Part shown: positions 21,761 to 31,081 of the stretch, in pieces
Numbering within the stretch: position 1 is the stretch's first letter
Layout of the letters: the number at the start of each line of letters is the position of its first letter
Origin: Myxococcota bacterium
GTDB taxonomy: Bacteria; Myxococcota_A; UBA9160; PR03
Length of the DNA: 64,000 nucleotides
Direction: 5' to 3'
Assembly: GCA_035506135.1 (NCBI GenBank)
Contig: DATJPY010000103.1
Span: forward strand, 3,448 to 67,447
Translations under genes and position numbers: made by a program
The notes under the pieces: generated by a model
What the model saw: the letters and a program-made list of their open reading frames with translations, nothing else
Databases searched by the model: none
Told to the model about the DNA's origin: nothing

Positions 21761-22749
21761 GCGCCGGCGACCCGGTGCGTGCGGCGCGCCGCAGCGCGGC
21801 GTTGTTCGAGCTCCCGGAGCGCGGCTTGATCGACGTGCGCGGCTCCGATCGCGTCCGCTTCCTGCAGGGTCAGCTCACCGCCGACGTCGCTGCGCTCGAC
21901 GCCGCGGGCCCGCGCTCGGGCTGCTACGCGCTCGCGCTGTCGCCGCAGGGCCGGATCGTCGTCGACCTGCACGTGATCGCGCGGCCCGATTCGATCTGGC
22001 TCGAGACCGACGCGGAGAGCGTTCCGGCGGCCATGGCGCGGCTCGCGAAGTACGTGATCGCCGACGACGTCGAGCTCGTCGACACCGGTCGCGAGCCGTC
22101 GCGCTTCGGGATCGAAGGGCCCCGCGCCGGCGACCTGCTGGAGGCGGCGGCCGGGGTGTGCCCTGCGCTCGCGCCCGAGAGCGCCGCGCCGCTGCGGATC
22201 GCGGGTGCGGACGTGCTGGCCGCAGCGTACGGCTGGAGCGGCGAGCGCGCGTTCCAGCTCTTCGTCCCGCGCGCGCAGGCATCGGCCGTCGGAGCGGCGC
22301 TGCGCGCGGCGGCCGCGGCGTGCGGCGCCGTGGAGGCGGGACCCGAGGTGCTCGAGGTGCTGCGGGTCGAGGCGGGCGTGCCTCGGGCCGGCCGCGAGCT
22401 CGGGCCCGACGTGCTGCCGGCGGAGGCGGGTGTGCTCGCGCGCGCCGTCTCCTTCACCAAGGGTTGCTACACCGGCCAGGAGGTGGTCGCGCGGATGGAG
22501 TCGCGCGGGCGGGTCGCCCACCGTCTCGTCGGCCTCGCCTTCGAGGAGCTGCCCGAGCTCGGCGCAGCACTCTCGGCGGGCGGCACGCGCGTGGGTGCGG
22601 TGACCAGCGCGGCGCAGTCGCCCACCGCAGGATCGATCGGCCTCGGCTACGTGCGAGCCGGCCACGAGGAGCCGGGGACCCGGCTCGAGGTCGGCGGCGC
22701 GGGCGCGCGCGTCGCGGCGCTCCCGTTCGTCTCGGTCCGCCGCGAGTGA
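21757..22749 (+). CDS. ygfZ: YgfZ/GcvT-like folate-binding protein
   Basis: ATGA overlap at 21757-21760. Contains GLIDVRGSDRVRFLQGQLT and the signature KGCYTGQE. Confidence 0.85.
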   Translation: MSAGDPVRAARRSAALFELPERGLIDVRGSDRVRFLQGQLTADVAALDAAGPRSGCYALALSPQGRIVVDLHVIARPDSIWLETDAESVPAAMARLAKYVIADDVELVDTGREPSRFGIEGPRAGDLLEAAAGVCPALAPESAAPLRIAGADVLAAAYGWSGERAFQLFVPRAQASAVGAALRAAAAACGAVEAGPEVLEVLRVEAGVPRAGRELGPDVLPAEAGVLARAVSFTKGCYTGQEVVARMESRGRVAHRLVGLAFEELPELGAALSAGGTRVGAVTSAAQSPTAGSIGLGYVRAGHEEPGTRLEVGGAGARVAALPFVSVRRE

Positions 22750-23507
22750 CCGTCGGGCGCTTCCCCGCGCGGCGCGGCTGGCTCGCCGTGTTCGCCAAGG
22801 CCCCGCGCTCGGGAGAGGTCAAGACGCGGCTCTGTCCGCCCTTCTCGCACGAGCAGGCGGCGGCGCTGTATCGGTGTCTCCTGGCCGACGGCCTGGAAGA
22901 GTCCGCCCACGCAGCGCGGGCGCTCGGACTCGAGCCGGTCCTCGCCGTCGATCCGCCCGAGGCCGTTCCCGAGCTGGCAGCGCTCGCCCCTCCCGGCTTC
23001 CGCGCCCTGCCCCAGCGCGGGGCCGACCTCGGCGCCCGCATGGCGCACGTTGCCCGCCAGGCCGCGGCGTCGGGGGCGCCTCTCGCCCTGCTGCGGGGAA
23101 GCGACAGCCCGACTCTCGCGCGCGCCGAGCTCGGCCACTGCGTGTGCGAGCTCGGGCGCACCGACCTGGTGGTGGGGCCCGATCGCGACGGCGGCTACCA
23201 CCTGCTCGGCCTGGGACCGCGCGCGCTCTCGCGCGCAGGCGATCTGTTCGATCATCCGATGAGCACACCGACGGTGCTGCGCGACACCGTCGCGCGCGCC
23301 GAACGCGCGGGGCTCTCGGTCGGCCGCCTCGAGACGGGGTTCGACCTCGACTCGTTCGAGGACCTCCGCTGGCTCGCGGACGCCCGACACCGGGATGGGT
23401 CGATCCCGTGCCAGAGGACGCTCGGGTTCCTGGACGAACAGCGTTTGTGGCCGGCCCGATCCGCACTGGATGCGCGTCGCTTCTCGGACCCCGATTCGGG
23501 TACTTAG
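22746..23507 (+). CDS. DUF2064-family (glycosyltransferase-like) protein
   Basis: GTGA overlap at 22746-22749. Contains the N-terminal VFAKAPRSGEVKTRLCPP and GPDRDGGYHLLGL. Confidence 0.75.
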   Translation: MTVGRFPARRGWLAVFAKAPRSGEVKTRLCPPFSHEQAAALYRCLLADGLEESAHAARALGLEPVLAVDPPEAVPELAALAPPGFRALPQRGADLGARMAHVARQAAASGAPLALLRGSDSPTLARAELGHCVCELGRTDLVVGPDRDGGYHLLGLGPRALSRAGDLFDHPMSTPTVLRDTVARAERAGLSVGRLETGFDLDSFEDLRWLADARHRDGSIPCQRTLGFLDEQRLWPARSALDARRFSDPDSGT

Positions 23508-23527
23508 CCCCGCATTCGCGCCCCCCT

Positions 23528-23543
23528 AGGCCCACCTGTTGCA
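23528..23543 (+). promoter_or_regulatory. Weak candidate sigma54 promoter: AGGCCC, N5, TTGCA
   Basis: GG-N10-GC spacing is satisfied and the -12 element TTGCA is good, but the -24 element is imperfect. It lies about 390 nt upstream of the porin-1 ATG. Confidence 0.25.
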
Positions 23544-23620
23544 CGACGAGCACAGCTAAGCTAGAGAGACCACGCGCACGCAGAATATGCGTAAAGTGCG
23601 CCTGTGCGGCTCCCGAATAG

Positions 23621-23660
23621 GGGCCTCGATCTTCGTGGGCCTCGATCTTCGTGGGCCTCG
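23621..23660. repeat. Exact 16-bp tandem duplication GGGCCTCGATCTTCGT, two full copies plus a partial third
   Basis: Copies at 23621-23636 and 23637-23652, and a partial GGGCCTCG at 23653-23660. It sits in the 422-nt intergenic region upstream of porin 1. Confidence 0.9.
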
Positions 23661-23929
23661 GCCCCTCGGGCCTTACCCGAGTCGGTCGTCGAGGGGTCGG
23701 AGTTCTCGGTGGAGGGGCTTCGCACGGTGCCCGGCATGTTACGCGGGATGGGTGGTGCCCGCGGCTTCGTCGCGGTCGGCCAGCCAATCCGGTGTCGGTC
23801 TGGAGGGAGCGGGCTCGTCAGGGGGGTGAGTTCGCAGCGCGCGAGATCGATGAGCGTGTCGATTTCGCCACATCCAGGTTTCTGACTGGATCCAGGCCGT
23901 CTCGAGGCACGCGACAAGGAGGGGTACGG

Positions 23930-25405
23930 ATGCGATCGCGGTGGATCGTCGCGCTTTCGACTCTCGGCATCATCGGATTTGCTCTGTCCGGCCTCGCGCC
24001 GTCGGCCCGAGCGGACGACGACGCGACCCAGGCCCAGCTCAAGGCGATGCAGGACCGCATGCAGTCGATGGAGGACCAGCTCCAGGCTGCGAACAAGCGG
24101 GTGGACGATCAGCAGGATCTGATCCAGCGCTCGGGTCTCTCGGAGACGCGCGGGTCGAGCTCGGGCCTGCCGGGCTTCCTGGGGTCGATCGACATCGGCG
24201 GCTGGGTGTCGGCCAGCTACTTCTACAACGTCAACGACCCGAACGACCACCAGAACCCGGACGGCGGGCTCAAGAACACCAACATCGGCTTCTCGGGGCA
24301 GAACCCGCCGCCGAATAGCTTCGGCACGACTCAGTACAATCCCAATTCGCCGCAGTTCTACCCGACGACCCCGGACCACAACAGCTTCTCGCTCGATCAG
24401 CTCTGGTTCGAGATCGAGCGCAAGGTGAGCGAGGAGAACCGCGCCGGCTTCCGCGCGGACATCCTGTACGGCACGGCGGCGGGGCTGCTGCCGAACAGCT
24501 CGTTCAACGGCAATCGCGCGAGCTTCGACTCGACGTCGTCGTTCTACGTGCAGCAGGCCTACGTCCAGTACCTCGCACCGATCGGCAGCGGCATCACCGT
24601 GAAGGCCGGGAAGTTCGGCGACCTGCTCGGCGTGGAGCGCGCGGGGACGATCTACAACTGGAACATCACGCGCGGCACGATCTGGACGCTGTTCGAGCCG
24701 ATCAACCACGTTGGCGTGTCCGTCGGCGGGCCGGTCGGCGACTCGGGCTTCGACTGGACACTGGCCGGCGTCAACGGCTTCAACCCGGACTCGCCCGACA
24801 TCAACGACGGCAAGTCGGTGACCGGCCACCTCGGCTGGCACAACGATCAGCTCACCGTCGCCGTGAACGGCATCTGGGGCCCCGAGAAGTTCGGGAACGA
24901 CGGGAGCCAGAACGGCGTCGCCAACGGGCTCATCAAGTGGACGCCCAACGACCGCTTCGGGATGTACCTGAACGGCGACTACGCCTGGGTGCAGGGCAAG
25001 TCGCAGGCCGCCTGGGGCCTCTCGCTGGCGGGCCGCTACGGGATCACGGACACCACCGGGATCGCGCTGCGCGGCGAGTACGCGCAGGACGTGCGGGGCT
25101 TCTTCGGCTTCACCGGCTGCGGCAGCGACTTCGGCAACCCCGCCTTCAGCGGGCAAGCGAACCTCTGCGGCAACACCGGGATCCAGACCTACGGCATCAC
25201 GCTGACGGTCGACCATCTGCTGACGGACCAGCTCATGATCCGCGGCGAGGGCCGCTACGACTGGATCGGGAAGGACAACGGCAAGCAGGACGAGTTCTTC
25301 GAGAACAACCGCTACAACCTGGCGGGCAGCAAGAGCATGCCGAACGATCAGCTCGTGTTCGGCGTCGAGCTCGTCTACAACTTCAACAAGTTCGGTGGCA
25401 AGTAG
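23930..25405 (+). CDS. Outer-membrane beta-barrel porin with N-terminal coiled coil (paralog 1)
   Basis: AAGGAGGGG SD. Signal peptide ..APSARA. Heptad segment DDDATQAQLKAMQDRMQSMEDQLQAANKRVDDQQDLI. Amphipathic beta strands with aromatic girdles (GWVSASYFYNV, FYVQQAYVQYLAP, VFGVELVYNF). Confidence 0.8.
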   Translation: MRSRWIVALSTLGIIGFALSGLAPSARADDDATQAQLKAMQDRMQSMEDQLQAANKRVDDQQDLIQRSGLSETRGSSSGLPGFLGSIDIGGWVSASYFYNVNDPNDHQNPDGGLKNTNIGFSGQNPPPNSFGTTQYNPNSPQFYPTTPDHNSFSLDQLWFEIERKVSEENRAGFRADILYGTAAGLLPNSSFNGNRASFDSTSSFYVQQAYVQYLAPIGSGITVKAGKFGDLLGVERAGTIYNWNITRGTIWTLFEPINHVGVSVGGPVGDSGFDWTLAGVNGFNPDSPDINDGKSVTGHLGWHNDQLTVAVNGIWGPEKFGNDGSQNGVANGLIKWTPNDRFGMYLNGDYAWVQGKSQAAWGLSLAGRYGITDTTGIALRGEYAQDVRGFFGFTGCGSDFGNPAFSGQANLCGNTGIQTYGITLTVDHLLTDQLMIRGEGRYDWIGKDNGKQDEFFENNRYNLAGSKSMPNDQLVFGVELVYNFNKFGGK

Positions 25406-25461
25406 CATCGGGCGATCCGTCGTGAGCGGATCCACCCGCCTTCCGAACCCGGCTTCCGGAT

Positions 25462-25500
25462 GGGCGCGCGCCCACAAGGGCGCGCCCCCTCTCTCGTTTT
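25462..25500 (+). terminator. Rho-independent-type terminator after porin 1
   Basis: Stem GGGCGCGC (25462-25469) pairs with GCGCGCCC (25480-25487), followed by CCTCTCTCGTTTT. Confidence 0.5.
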
Positions 25501-25519
25501 GTGCGCCAGCACGCGCACA
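25500..25519. promoter_or_regulatory. Inverted repeat TGTGCGC-N6-GCGCACA (candidate enhancer-binding-protein site)
   Basis: Perfect 7-bp arms, about 125 bp upstream of the sigma54 -24 element at 25635. Confidence 0.3.
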
Positions 25520-25634
25520 GCCCCTCTCGACCGCGGGCTGCCGCAGCGGTGGGCAGCCGAGCCTCATGGCACACCGTCGGAGCCGTCTCCGCGGCTCCGC
25601 GGCACGCCAGGCGCGGCATGGAAGCCCCAGTCAT

Positions 25635-25650
25635 TGGCATGGCGATTGCT
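25635..25650 (+). promoter_or_regulatory. sigma54 promoter TGGCAT-GGCGA-TTGCT (porin 2)
   Basis: Near-consensus -24/-12 (TGGCAC-N5-TTGCW), 158 nt upstream of the ATG at 25808. Confidence 0.7.
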
Positions 25651-25807
25651 GCCGATACGCCCGGCGCCGGCTGCCCGGCGGGTCGATTGCAAAAAAGTGT
25701 TCGCAAGGGCTCTCCCGAAGCGCCTTGCGCTCCGTTAAGTTACGGGTCCGCGCGTTGAGGGGACGCGGTTCGAATTTCGCAGGATGATGCGAGAAGGAGG
25801 GGTTGAG

Positions 25808-27280
25808 ATGCGTTCTCGGTGGACGGCCACATTGTTGGCCTTCGCCATGTTGGCCTTCGTTGGGCTCGCGCCGTCGGCCAGGGCGGACGACGACAGCACC
25901 CAGGCCCAGCTCAAGACGATGCAGGATCGCATGCAGTCGATGGAGGACCAGCTCCAGGCTGCGAACAAGCGCGTCGACGAGCAGCAGGATCTGATCCAGC
26001 GCTCGGGTCTCTCGGAGACACGCGGGGCGAGCTCGGGTCTGCCCGGCTTCCTCGGCTCGCTCGACATCAGCGGGTGGGCGGCCGCCAGCTACTTCTACAA
26101 CGTCAACGACCCGAACGACCACCAGAACCCGGACGGCGGCCTCAAGAACACCAACATCGGCTACTCGGGGCAGAACGGCTCGGTGAACGGCGACAACGCG
26201 AATGCACCGGGCTTCTATCCGCTGCACCCGGACCAGAACAGCTTCTCGCTCGACCAGCTCTGGTTCGGGATCGAGCGGAAGATCAGCGAGGAGAACCGCG
26301 CTGGCTTCCGCGCCGACATCCTGTACGGCACGACGGCGGGGCTGCTGCCGAACAGCTCGTTCAACGGCAACCGCGCGAGCTTCGACTCGACGTCGTCGTT
26401 CTACGTGCAGCAGGCCTACATCCAGTACCTCGCGCCGATCGGCAGCGGCATCACCGTGAAGGCCGGCAAGTTCGAGACGCTGCTGGGCGTGGAGACGGCC
26501 GAGACGATCTACAACTGGAACATCACGCGCGGCACGATCTGGACGCTGTTCGAGCCGATCAACCACGTCGGCGTGTCGATCGGCGGACCGATCGGCGACT
26601 CCGGCTTCGACTGGACACTCGCGGGTGTCAACGGCTTCGCTCCGGACTCGCCCGACATCAACGACGGCAAGTCGGTGATGGGCCACCTGGGCTGGAGCAA
26701 CAAGATGTTCACGGTTGCGCTGAACGGCATCTGGGGCCCCGAGAAGTTCGCCAACGACGGGAGCCAGAACGGCGTTGCCAACGCCTACATCAAGTGGAAC
26801 CCGACCGACCGCTTCGGGATGTACCTGAACGGCGACTACGCCTGGCAGCAGGGCACGTCGGCAGCCGCGTGGGGCCTCTCGCTGGCGGGCCGCTATGGGA
26901 TCACGGACAAGACCGGGGTCGCACTGCGGGCCGAGTACGCGCAGGACGTGAGGGGCTTCTTCGGCTTCACGGGCTGCGGCAGCAGCTTCGGCAATCCCGC
27001 GGATCCCGCCAACCCCAACTTCACAGGCGGTCCGAACGCCTGCGGCGCAACGGGGATCCAGACCTACGGCATCACGCTCACGGTCGACCATCAGCTCACC
27101 GACCAGCTGATGATCCGCGGCGAGGGTCGCTACGACTGGATCGGGAAGGACAACGGCAAGCAGGACGAGTTCTTCCAGAACAACCGCTACGACCTGGCGG
27201 GCAGCAAGAGCATGCCGAACAACCAGCTCGTGTTCGGCGTCGAGCTCGTCTACAACTTCAACAAGTTCGGGGCCCAGTAG
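25808..27280 (+). CDS. Outer-membrane beta-barrel porin with N-terminal coiled coil (paralog 2)
   Basis: Internal ATG after GAAGGAGGGG; the track ORF starts at 25784. Collinear with paralog 1, with most residues identical by eye. Differences cluster in two loop segments. Confidence 0.8.
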   Translation: MRSRWTATLLAFAMLAFVGLAPSARADDDSTQAQLKTMQDRMQSMEDQLQAANKRVDEQQDLIQRSGLSETRGASSGLPGFLGSLDISGWAAASYFYNVNDPNDHQNPDGGLKNTNIGYSGQNGSVNGDNANAPGFYPLHPDQNSFSLDQLWFGIERKISEENRAGFRADILYGTTAGLLPNSSFNGNRASFDSTSSFYVQQAYIQYLAPIGSGITVKAGKFETLLGVETAETIYNWNITRGTIWTLFEPINHVGVSIGGPIGDSGFDWTLAGVNGFAPDSPDINDGKSVMGHLGWSNKMFTVALNGIWGPEKFANDGSQNGVANAYIKWNPTDRFGMYLNGDYAWQQGTSAAAWGLSLAGRYGITDKTGVALRAEYAQDVRGFFGFTGCGSSFGNPADPANPNFTGGPNACGATGIQTYGITLTVDHQLTDQLMIRGEGRYDWIGKDNGKQDEFFQNNRYDLAGSKSMPNNQLVFGVELVYNFNKFGAQ

Positions 27281-27310
27281 AGCGCTTCTGGGACCCGGTT
27301 CGAGCGCCTG

Positions 27311-27340
27311 GGGGCGCGGTCCGCGAGGACCGCGCCCCTT
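27311..27340 (+). terminator. Rho-independent terminator after porin 2
   Basis: Perfect 12-bp stem GGGGCGCGGTCC / GGACCGCGCCCC with a GCGA loop, followed by TTCGCATTT. Confidence 0.7.
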
Positions 27341-27379
27341 CGCATTTCGGGGCGCCGCTGCCGCGACCCTGGGCAGGGC

Positions 27380-27396
27380 TGCACAACATTGTCGCA
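27380..27396. promoter_or_regulatory. NtrC-box-like site TGCACAACATTGTCGCA
   Basis: TGC-N11-GCA. The left half TGCAC matches the enteric NtrC consensus TGCACC-N5-GGTGCA. It lies about 70 bp upstream of the glnB sigma54 promoter. Confidence 0.3.
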
Positions 27397-27455
27397 AACA
27401 GCCCCTGTCTGCAGCCGTCGGCGGGCGCCTCCCGCGCCCTGAGCCGCGCCAACCC

Positions 27456-27471
27456 TGGCACGCCCCTTGCT
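27456..27471 (+). promoter_or_regulatory. sigma54 promoter TGGCAC-GCCCC-TTGCT (glnB-glnA)
   Basis: Perfect consensus -24/-12, 177 nt upstream of the glnB ATG. Confidence 0.8.
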
Positions 27472-27635
27472 CCGCCCGCTGTGGGACCACCGGCGGTGTG
27501 CCGGGCCTCGCACGCCGCGAGGACGTGATACCGTTGGCCCGGCCGCAGCCCACCCCGGTGTCGGGGTGGTGCCGAGAGACATCGCGTTCCCCCGAGCCGA
27601 GGACCGCGCCGCGCTAGCCGCGGGGGGGTCCCTGA

Positions 27636-27986
<351 letters not shown>

Positions 27987-28048
27987 CCCGCGTTTCCCGA
28001 GAACCCCCAACCGCGGCCCGAGGCCCGAGGAAAGGAAAGACGTCCGCA

Positions 28049-29473
28049 ATGTCCCTGAAGAACGGCAAGGAAGTCCTCGACTTCGCCAAGAAGAACAACG
28101 TCGTGATGGTCGACTGCCGCATCATCGACCTCCCTGGTCTCTGGCAGCACTGCTCGCATCCGATCGGCACGCTCCAGGAGTCGACCTTCCAGGACGGCTA
28201 CGGCTTCGACGGCTCGTCGATCCGCGGCTGGAAGGCGATCAACGAGAGCGACATGCTGATGATCCCGGACCCCACGAGCGCCTTCATCGATCCGTTCCTG
28301 GCGCATCCGACGCTGGTCCTGATCTGCGACGTGGTCGACACGCTCACGCGGCAGCCCTACGACCGCGACCCGCGCAACGTGGCGAAGAGAGCCGAGCTCT
28401 ACCTGAAGCAGAGCGGCATCGGCGACACCGCGTACTTCGGTCCGGAGGCCGAGTTCTTCGTGTTCAACAGCGTGCGCTTCGGCTCGGGGCCGAACGCTGG
28501 CTTCTACCGGATCGACTCGAACGAGGCGATCTGGAACACGGACCGCGAGGAGGATGGAGCCAACCTCGGCTACAAGATCCGCCACAAGGAGGGCTACTTC
28601 CCGGTTCCCCCGCACGACACGCAGCAGGATATCCGGACCGAGATGTGCCTCGAGATGCAGAAGATGGGGATCGAGATCGAGACCCAGCACCACGAGGTGG
28701 CGACCGGCGGCCAGGCCGAGATCGACATGGTCTTCGACACGCTGGTGTCGATGGCGGACAAGCTGCTGAAGTACAAGTACGTGGTCAAGAACGTGGCGCA
28801 CCGCCACGGCATGACCGCGACCTTCATGCCCAAGCCCCTGTTCAAGGACAACGGCTCGGGCATGCACACGCACCAGTCGATCTGGAAGGACGGCAAGCCG
28901 CTCTTCGCGGGGAGCGGCTACGCCGGGCTCTCCGACCTGGCGCTCTGGTACATCGGCGGGGTGCTCAAGCACTCGCGCGCGATCGCGGCCTTCAGCAACC
29001 CGACGACCAACTCGTACAAGCGGCTGGTTCCGGGCTACGAGGCCCCGGTGAACCTGGCGTACTCGTCGCGCAACCGATCGGCGGCGTGCCGGCTGCCCAC
29101 CTACTCGCAGAGCCCCAAGGCGAAGCGCGTGGAGGTCCGGTACCCGGACCCGGCCTGCAATCCGTACCTCGCGTTCGCGGCGATGCTGATGGCCGGGATC
29201 GACGGCGTGCTCAACAAGATCCACCCCGGCGAGCCGCTCGACAAGAACATCTACGCCCTCTCGGCGGAGGAGGCAAAGGGTGTTCCCACCATGCCGGGCA
29301 GTCTCGAGGAGGCGATCCGCGAGCTCGAGGCCGATCACGACTTCCTGCTCCAGGGAGGGGTGTTCACCGAGGACCTGCTGGACACCTGGGTCTCCTACAA
29401 GCGGGAGAACGACATCGATCCGGTCCGGCTCCGCCCGCATCCGCACGAGTTCGAGCTGTACTTCGACGTCTGA
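28049..29473 (+). CDS. glnA: Glutamine synthetase, type I
   Basis: ATG at 28049 after GAAAGGAAAG. Contains [50 protein letters not shown] and the adenylylation-loop region NIYAL. Confidence 0.95.
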   Translation: MSLKNGKEVLDFAKKNNVVMVDCRIIDLPGLWQHCSHPIGTLQESTFQDGYGFDGSSIRGWKAINESDMLMIPDPTSAFIDPFLAHPTLVLICDVVDTLTRQPYDRDPRNVAKRAELYLKQSGIGDTAYFGPEAEFFVFNSVRFGSGPNAGFYRIDSNEAIWNTDREEDGANLGYKIRHKEGYFPVPPHDTQQDIRTEMCLEMQKMGIEIETQHHEVATGGQAEIDMVFDTLVSMADKLLKYKYVVKNVAHRHGMTATFMPKPLFKDNGSGMHTHQSIWKDGKPLFAGSGYAGLSDLALWYIGGVLKHSRAIAAFSNPTTNSYKRLVPGYEAPVNLAYSSRNRSAACRLPTYSQSPKAKRVEVRYPDPACNPYLAFAAMLMAGIDGVLNKIHPGEPLDKNIYALSAEEAKGVPTMPGSLEEAIRELEADHDFLLQGGVFTEDLLDTWVSYKRENDIDPVRLRPHPHEFELYFDV

Positions 29474-29498
29474 GCCGGACGTCCCAGCACCCCGAGCA

Positions 29499-29527
29499 GC
29501 CCCGTCGGTCCGTGCGACCGGCGGGGC
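29499..29527 (+). terminator. Terminator hairpin after glnA
   Basis: 12-bp stem GCCCCGTCGGTC / GACCGGCGGGGC with one G-U pair and a 5-nt loop, followed by CCTCTCGCTTCC. Confidence 0.55.
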
Positions 29528-29630
29528 CCTCTCGCTTCCAGCCTGCCCAGCCCCTGAGCACGCGCGCCCACCGGCAGCCCAGCGGCGGCGCGATCGGCCT
29601 CGTCTCGCATTGCGTCGGAGCGCCTCGCCT

Positions 29631-29646
29631 CGGCACGTCGATTGCT
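29631..29646 (+). promoter_or_regulatory. sigma54 promoter CGGCAC-GTCGA-TTGCT (WS/DGAT gene)
   Basis: GGCAC-N5-TTGCT, 41 nt upstream of the ATG at 29687, which has a GGAGGAGG SD. Confidence 0.65.
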
Positions 29647-29686
29647 CCTGCATTCCAGGTCGTCCCCGGATCCGCGCGGAGGAGGT

Positions 29687-31081
29687 ATGGCGCGCACCCA
29701 GGTCGCGGCCCCGGCGCGGCGCATGTCGTCGCGCGACGCGGGCTTCCTATATCTCGAGCGTCCCAACGCGCTGCTCCACATCGGCTGCGTCGCGGTGGTC
29801 GACGGGTGCCTGCCTCGCGACGAGCTCGTCGCCCGGGTCGAGCGCCGCCTTCCCCGCATGCGCCGCTACGCGCAGCGCGTGACGCCCGTGCCGCTCTCGC
29901 TGGACCACCCGACCTGGGAGGACGATCCCTCGTTCGACGTCCGGCGCCACGTGCACCGGTGGGCGCTTCCCGAGCCCGGCGGCGAGGCGGAGCTCGCCGA
30001 GATGGTCGCCTCCCTCCTGGCGCAGCCGCTCGACCGCGCGCGCCCGCTCTGGGAGATGCACGTGATCGAGGGGCTCGACGGCGGCCGCTCGGCGATCTTC
30101 CAGAAGGTGCATCACTGCATGGTCGACGGGCTGGCGGGAGCCCAGCTCCTCGAGACCCTGCTCGACCCCACACAAGAGACCCACGACGAGCCTGCGCGAC
30201 CGATGGCGCTGGCGCCGCTTCCCCCCGTCGCGGAGCGCGCAGGCCGAGCGATCGCGGACGGCGTGCTCGGACAGCTCCGGCTGCTCGGCGGTGCGCTCGA
30301 GGCGGTCCGCGGGCCGGCGGCTGCGCGCCGCGTGGCGAGCCGACTGCGCGACGCGGCGTGGTCCGCCTTCCAGCTCGCGGCACGCGGGATCCCGGTGATG
30401 CCCTGGAACGAGCGCATCGGATCGGCGCGGCGGGTCTCCTTCACGCGGCTCCCGATGCGCGGGGTCCGCCGCATCCGTGCCGCGTGCGGCGGCACGGTGA
30501 ACGACGTCGTGCTCTCGGTGCTCGCCGGCGGGCTGCACCACTATCTGGTCGCGAACGGGTTTCCGACGCGTGGCCTCGAGCTCGTCGCGCTGGTTCCGGT
30601 GAGCCTGCGCGACGCGCGCTCGGCCGCCGCGCTCGGCAACCGCATCTCGGGGATGCTGGTGCCCCTCTGCGTCGACGTACTCGAGGAGCGGCCGCGCCTC
30701 GCCGCGACCCGAGCCATCACGGAGCGGCTCAAGACGAGCGCGGCCTGGACGGGGCTGGACGCGCTGCTCGGGGCGCTCGACGGCCTTCCGGCTCCGCTCG
30801 TCGCGTGGGCCGGCGCCGGGCTCCGGCCCGGCCGCCTGGCTAACCTCGTCGCGACGAACGTGCCCGGTCCGCGCGAGACGCGCTGGCTCGCCGGCCGGCG
30901 GGTGGAGGCACTGTATCCGATCGTGCCGATCATCGACGGGATCGGGCTCGGGGTGGCGGTGTTCTCGTACGACGAGGCGCTGCACGTCGGGCTCAACGCG
31001 GACGCCGTCCTGCTCCCGGACCTCGACAAGCTTCGACACGGGATCGAGACGGCCTTCGAGCGGCTCGTGCGGGGCGTGTGA
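29687..31081 (+). CDS. Wax ester synthase/diacylglycerol acyltransferase (WS/DGAT)
   Basis: Contains RDAGFLYLERPNALLHIG, the catalytic HHCMVDG (HHxxxDG), and a C-terminal ATNVPGP motif. Confidence 0.88.
   Translation: MARTQVAAPARRMSSRDAGFLYLERPNALLHIGCVAVVDGCLPRDELVARVERRLPRMRRYAQRVTPVPLSLDHPTWEDDPSFDVRRHVHRWALPEPGGEAELAEMVASLLAQPLDRARPLWEMHVIEGLDGGRSAIFQKVHHCMVDGLAGAQLLETLLDPTQETHDEPARPMALAPLPPVAERAGRAIADGVLGQLRLLGGALEAVRGPAAARRVASRLRDAAWSAFQLAARGIPVMPWNERIGSARRVSFTRLPMRGVRRIRAACGGTVNDVVLSVLAGGLHHYLVANGFPTRGLELVALVPVSLRDARSAAALGNRISGMLVPLCVDVLEERPRLAATRAITERLKTSAAWTGLDALLGALDGLPAPLVAWAGAGLRPGRLANLVATNVPGPRETRWLAGRRVEALYPIVPIIDGIGLGVAVFSYDEALHVGLNADAVLLPDLDKLRHGIETAFERLVRGV

Noticed and set aside
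23621-23660. The 16-bp tandem repeat considered as a possible CRISPR or mini-satellite array.
   Set aside because: The copies are contiguous with no spacers and number only about 2.5. There are no cas genes. It is kept only as a simple tandem duplication.
23604-23885. A 93-aa ORF in the porin-1 upstream region, part of which has coding-like GC3.
   Set aside because: It has no SD, its N-terminal third is the tandem repeat with poor GC3, and I recognise no motif. It may be a decayed remnant, so it is mentioned under findings but not called as a gene.
25561-25580. TGGCAC at 25567-25572, considered as another sigma54 -24 element.
   Set aside because: The -12 position reads CGGA instead of TTGC, so the GG-N10-GC rule fails.
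25767-25775. GGTTCGAAT, which resembles a tRNA T-loop, upstream of porin 2.
   Set aside because: The flanks cannot form a T-stem (ACGCGG versus TTCGCA). No acceptor, D or anticodon arms can be drawn. It is not a tRNA or tmRNA.
29642-29686. An earlier start for the WS/DGAT ORF (track start 29642).
   Set aside because: It would begin inside the -12 element of the sigma54 promoter. The ATG at 29687 has a strong GGAGGAGG SD.
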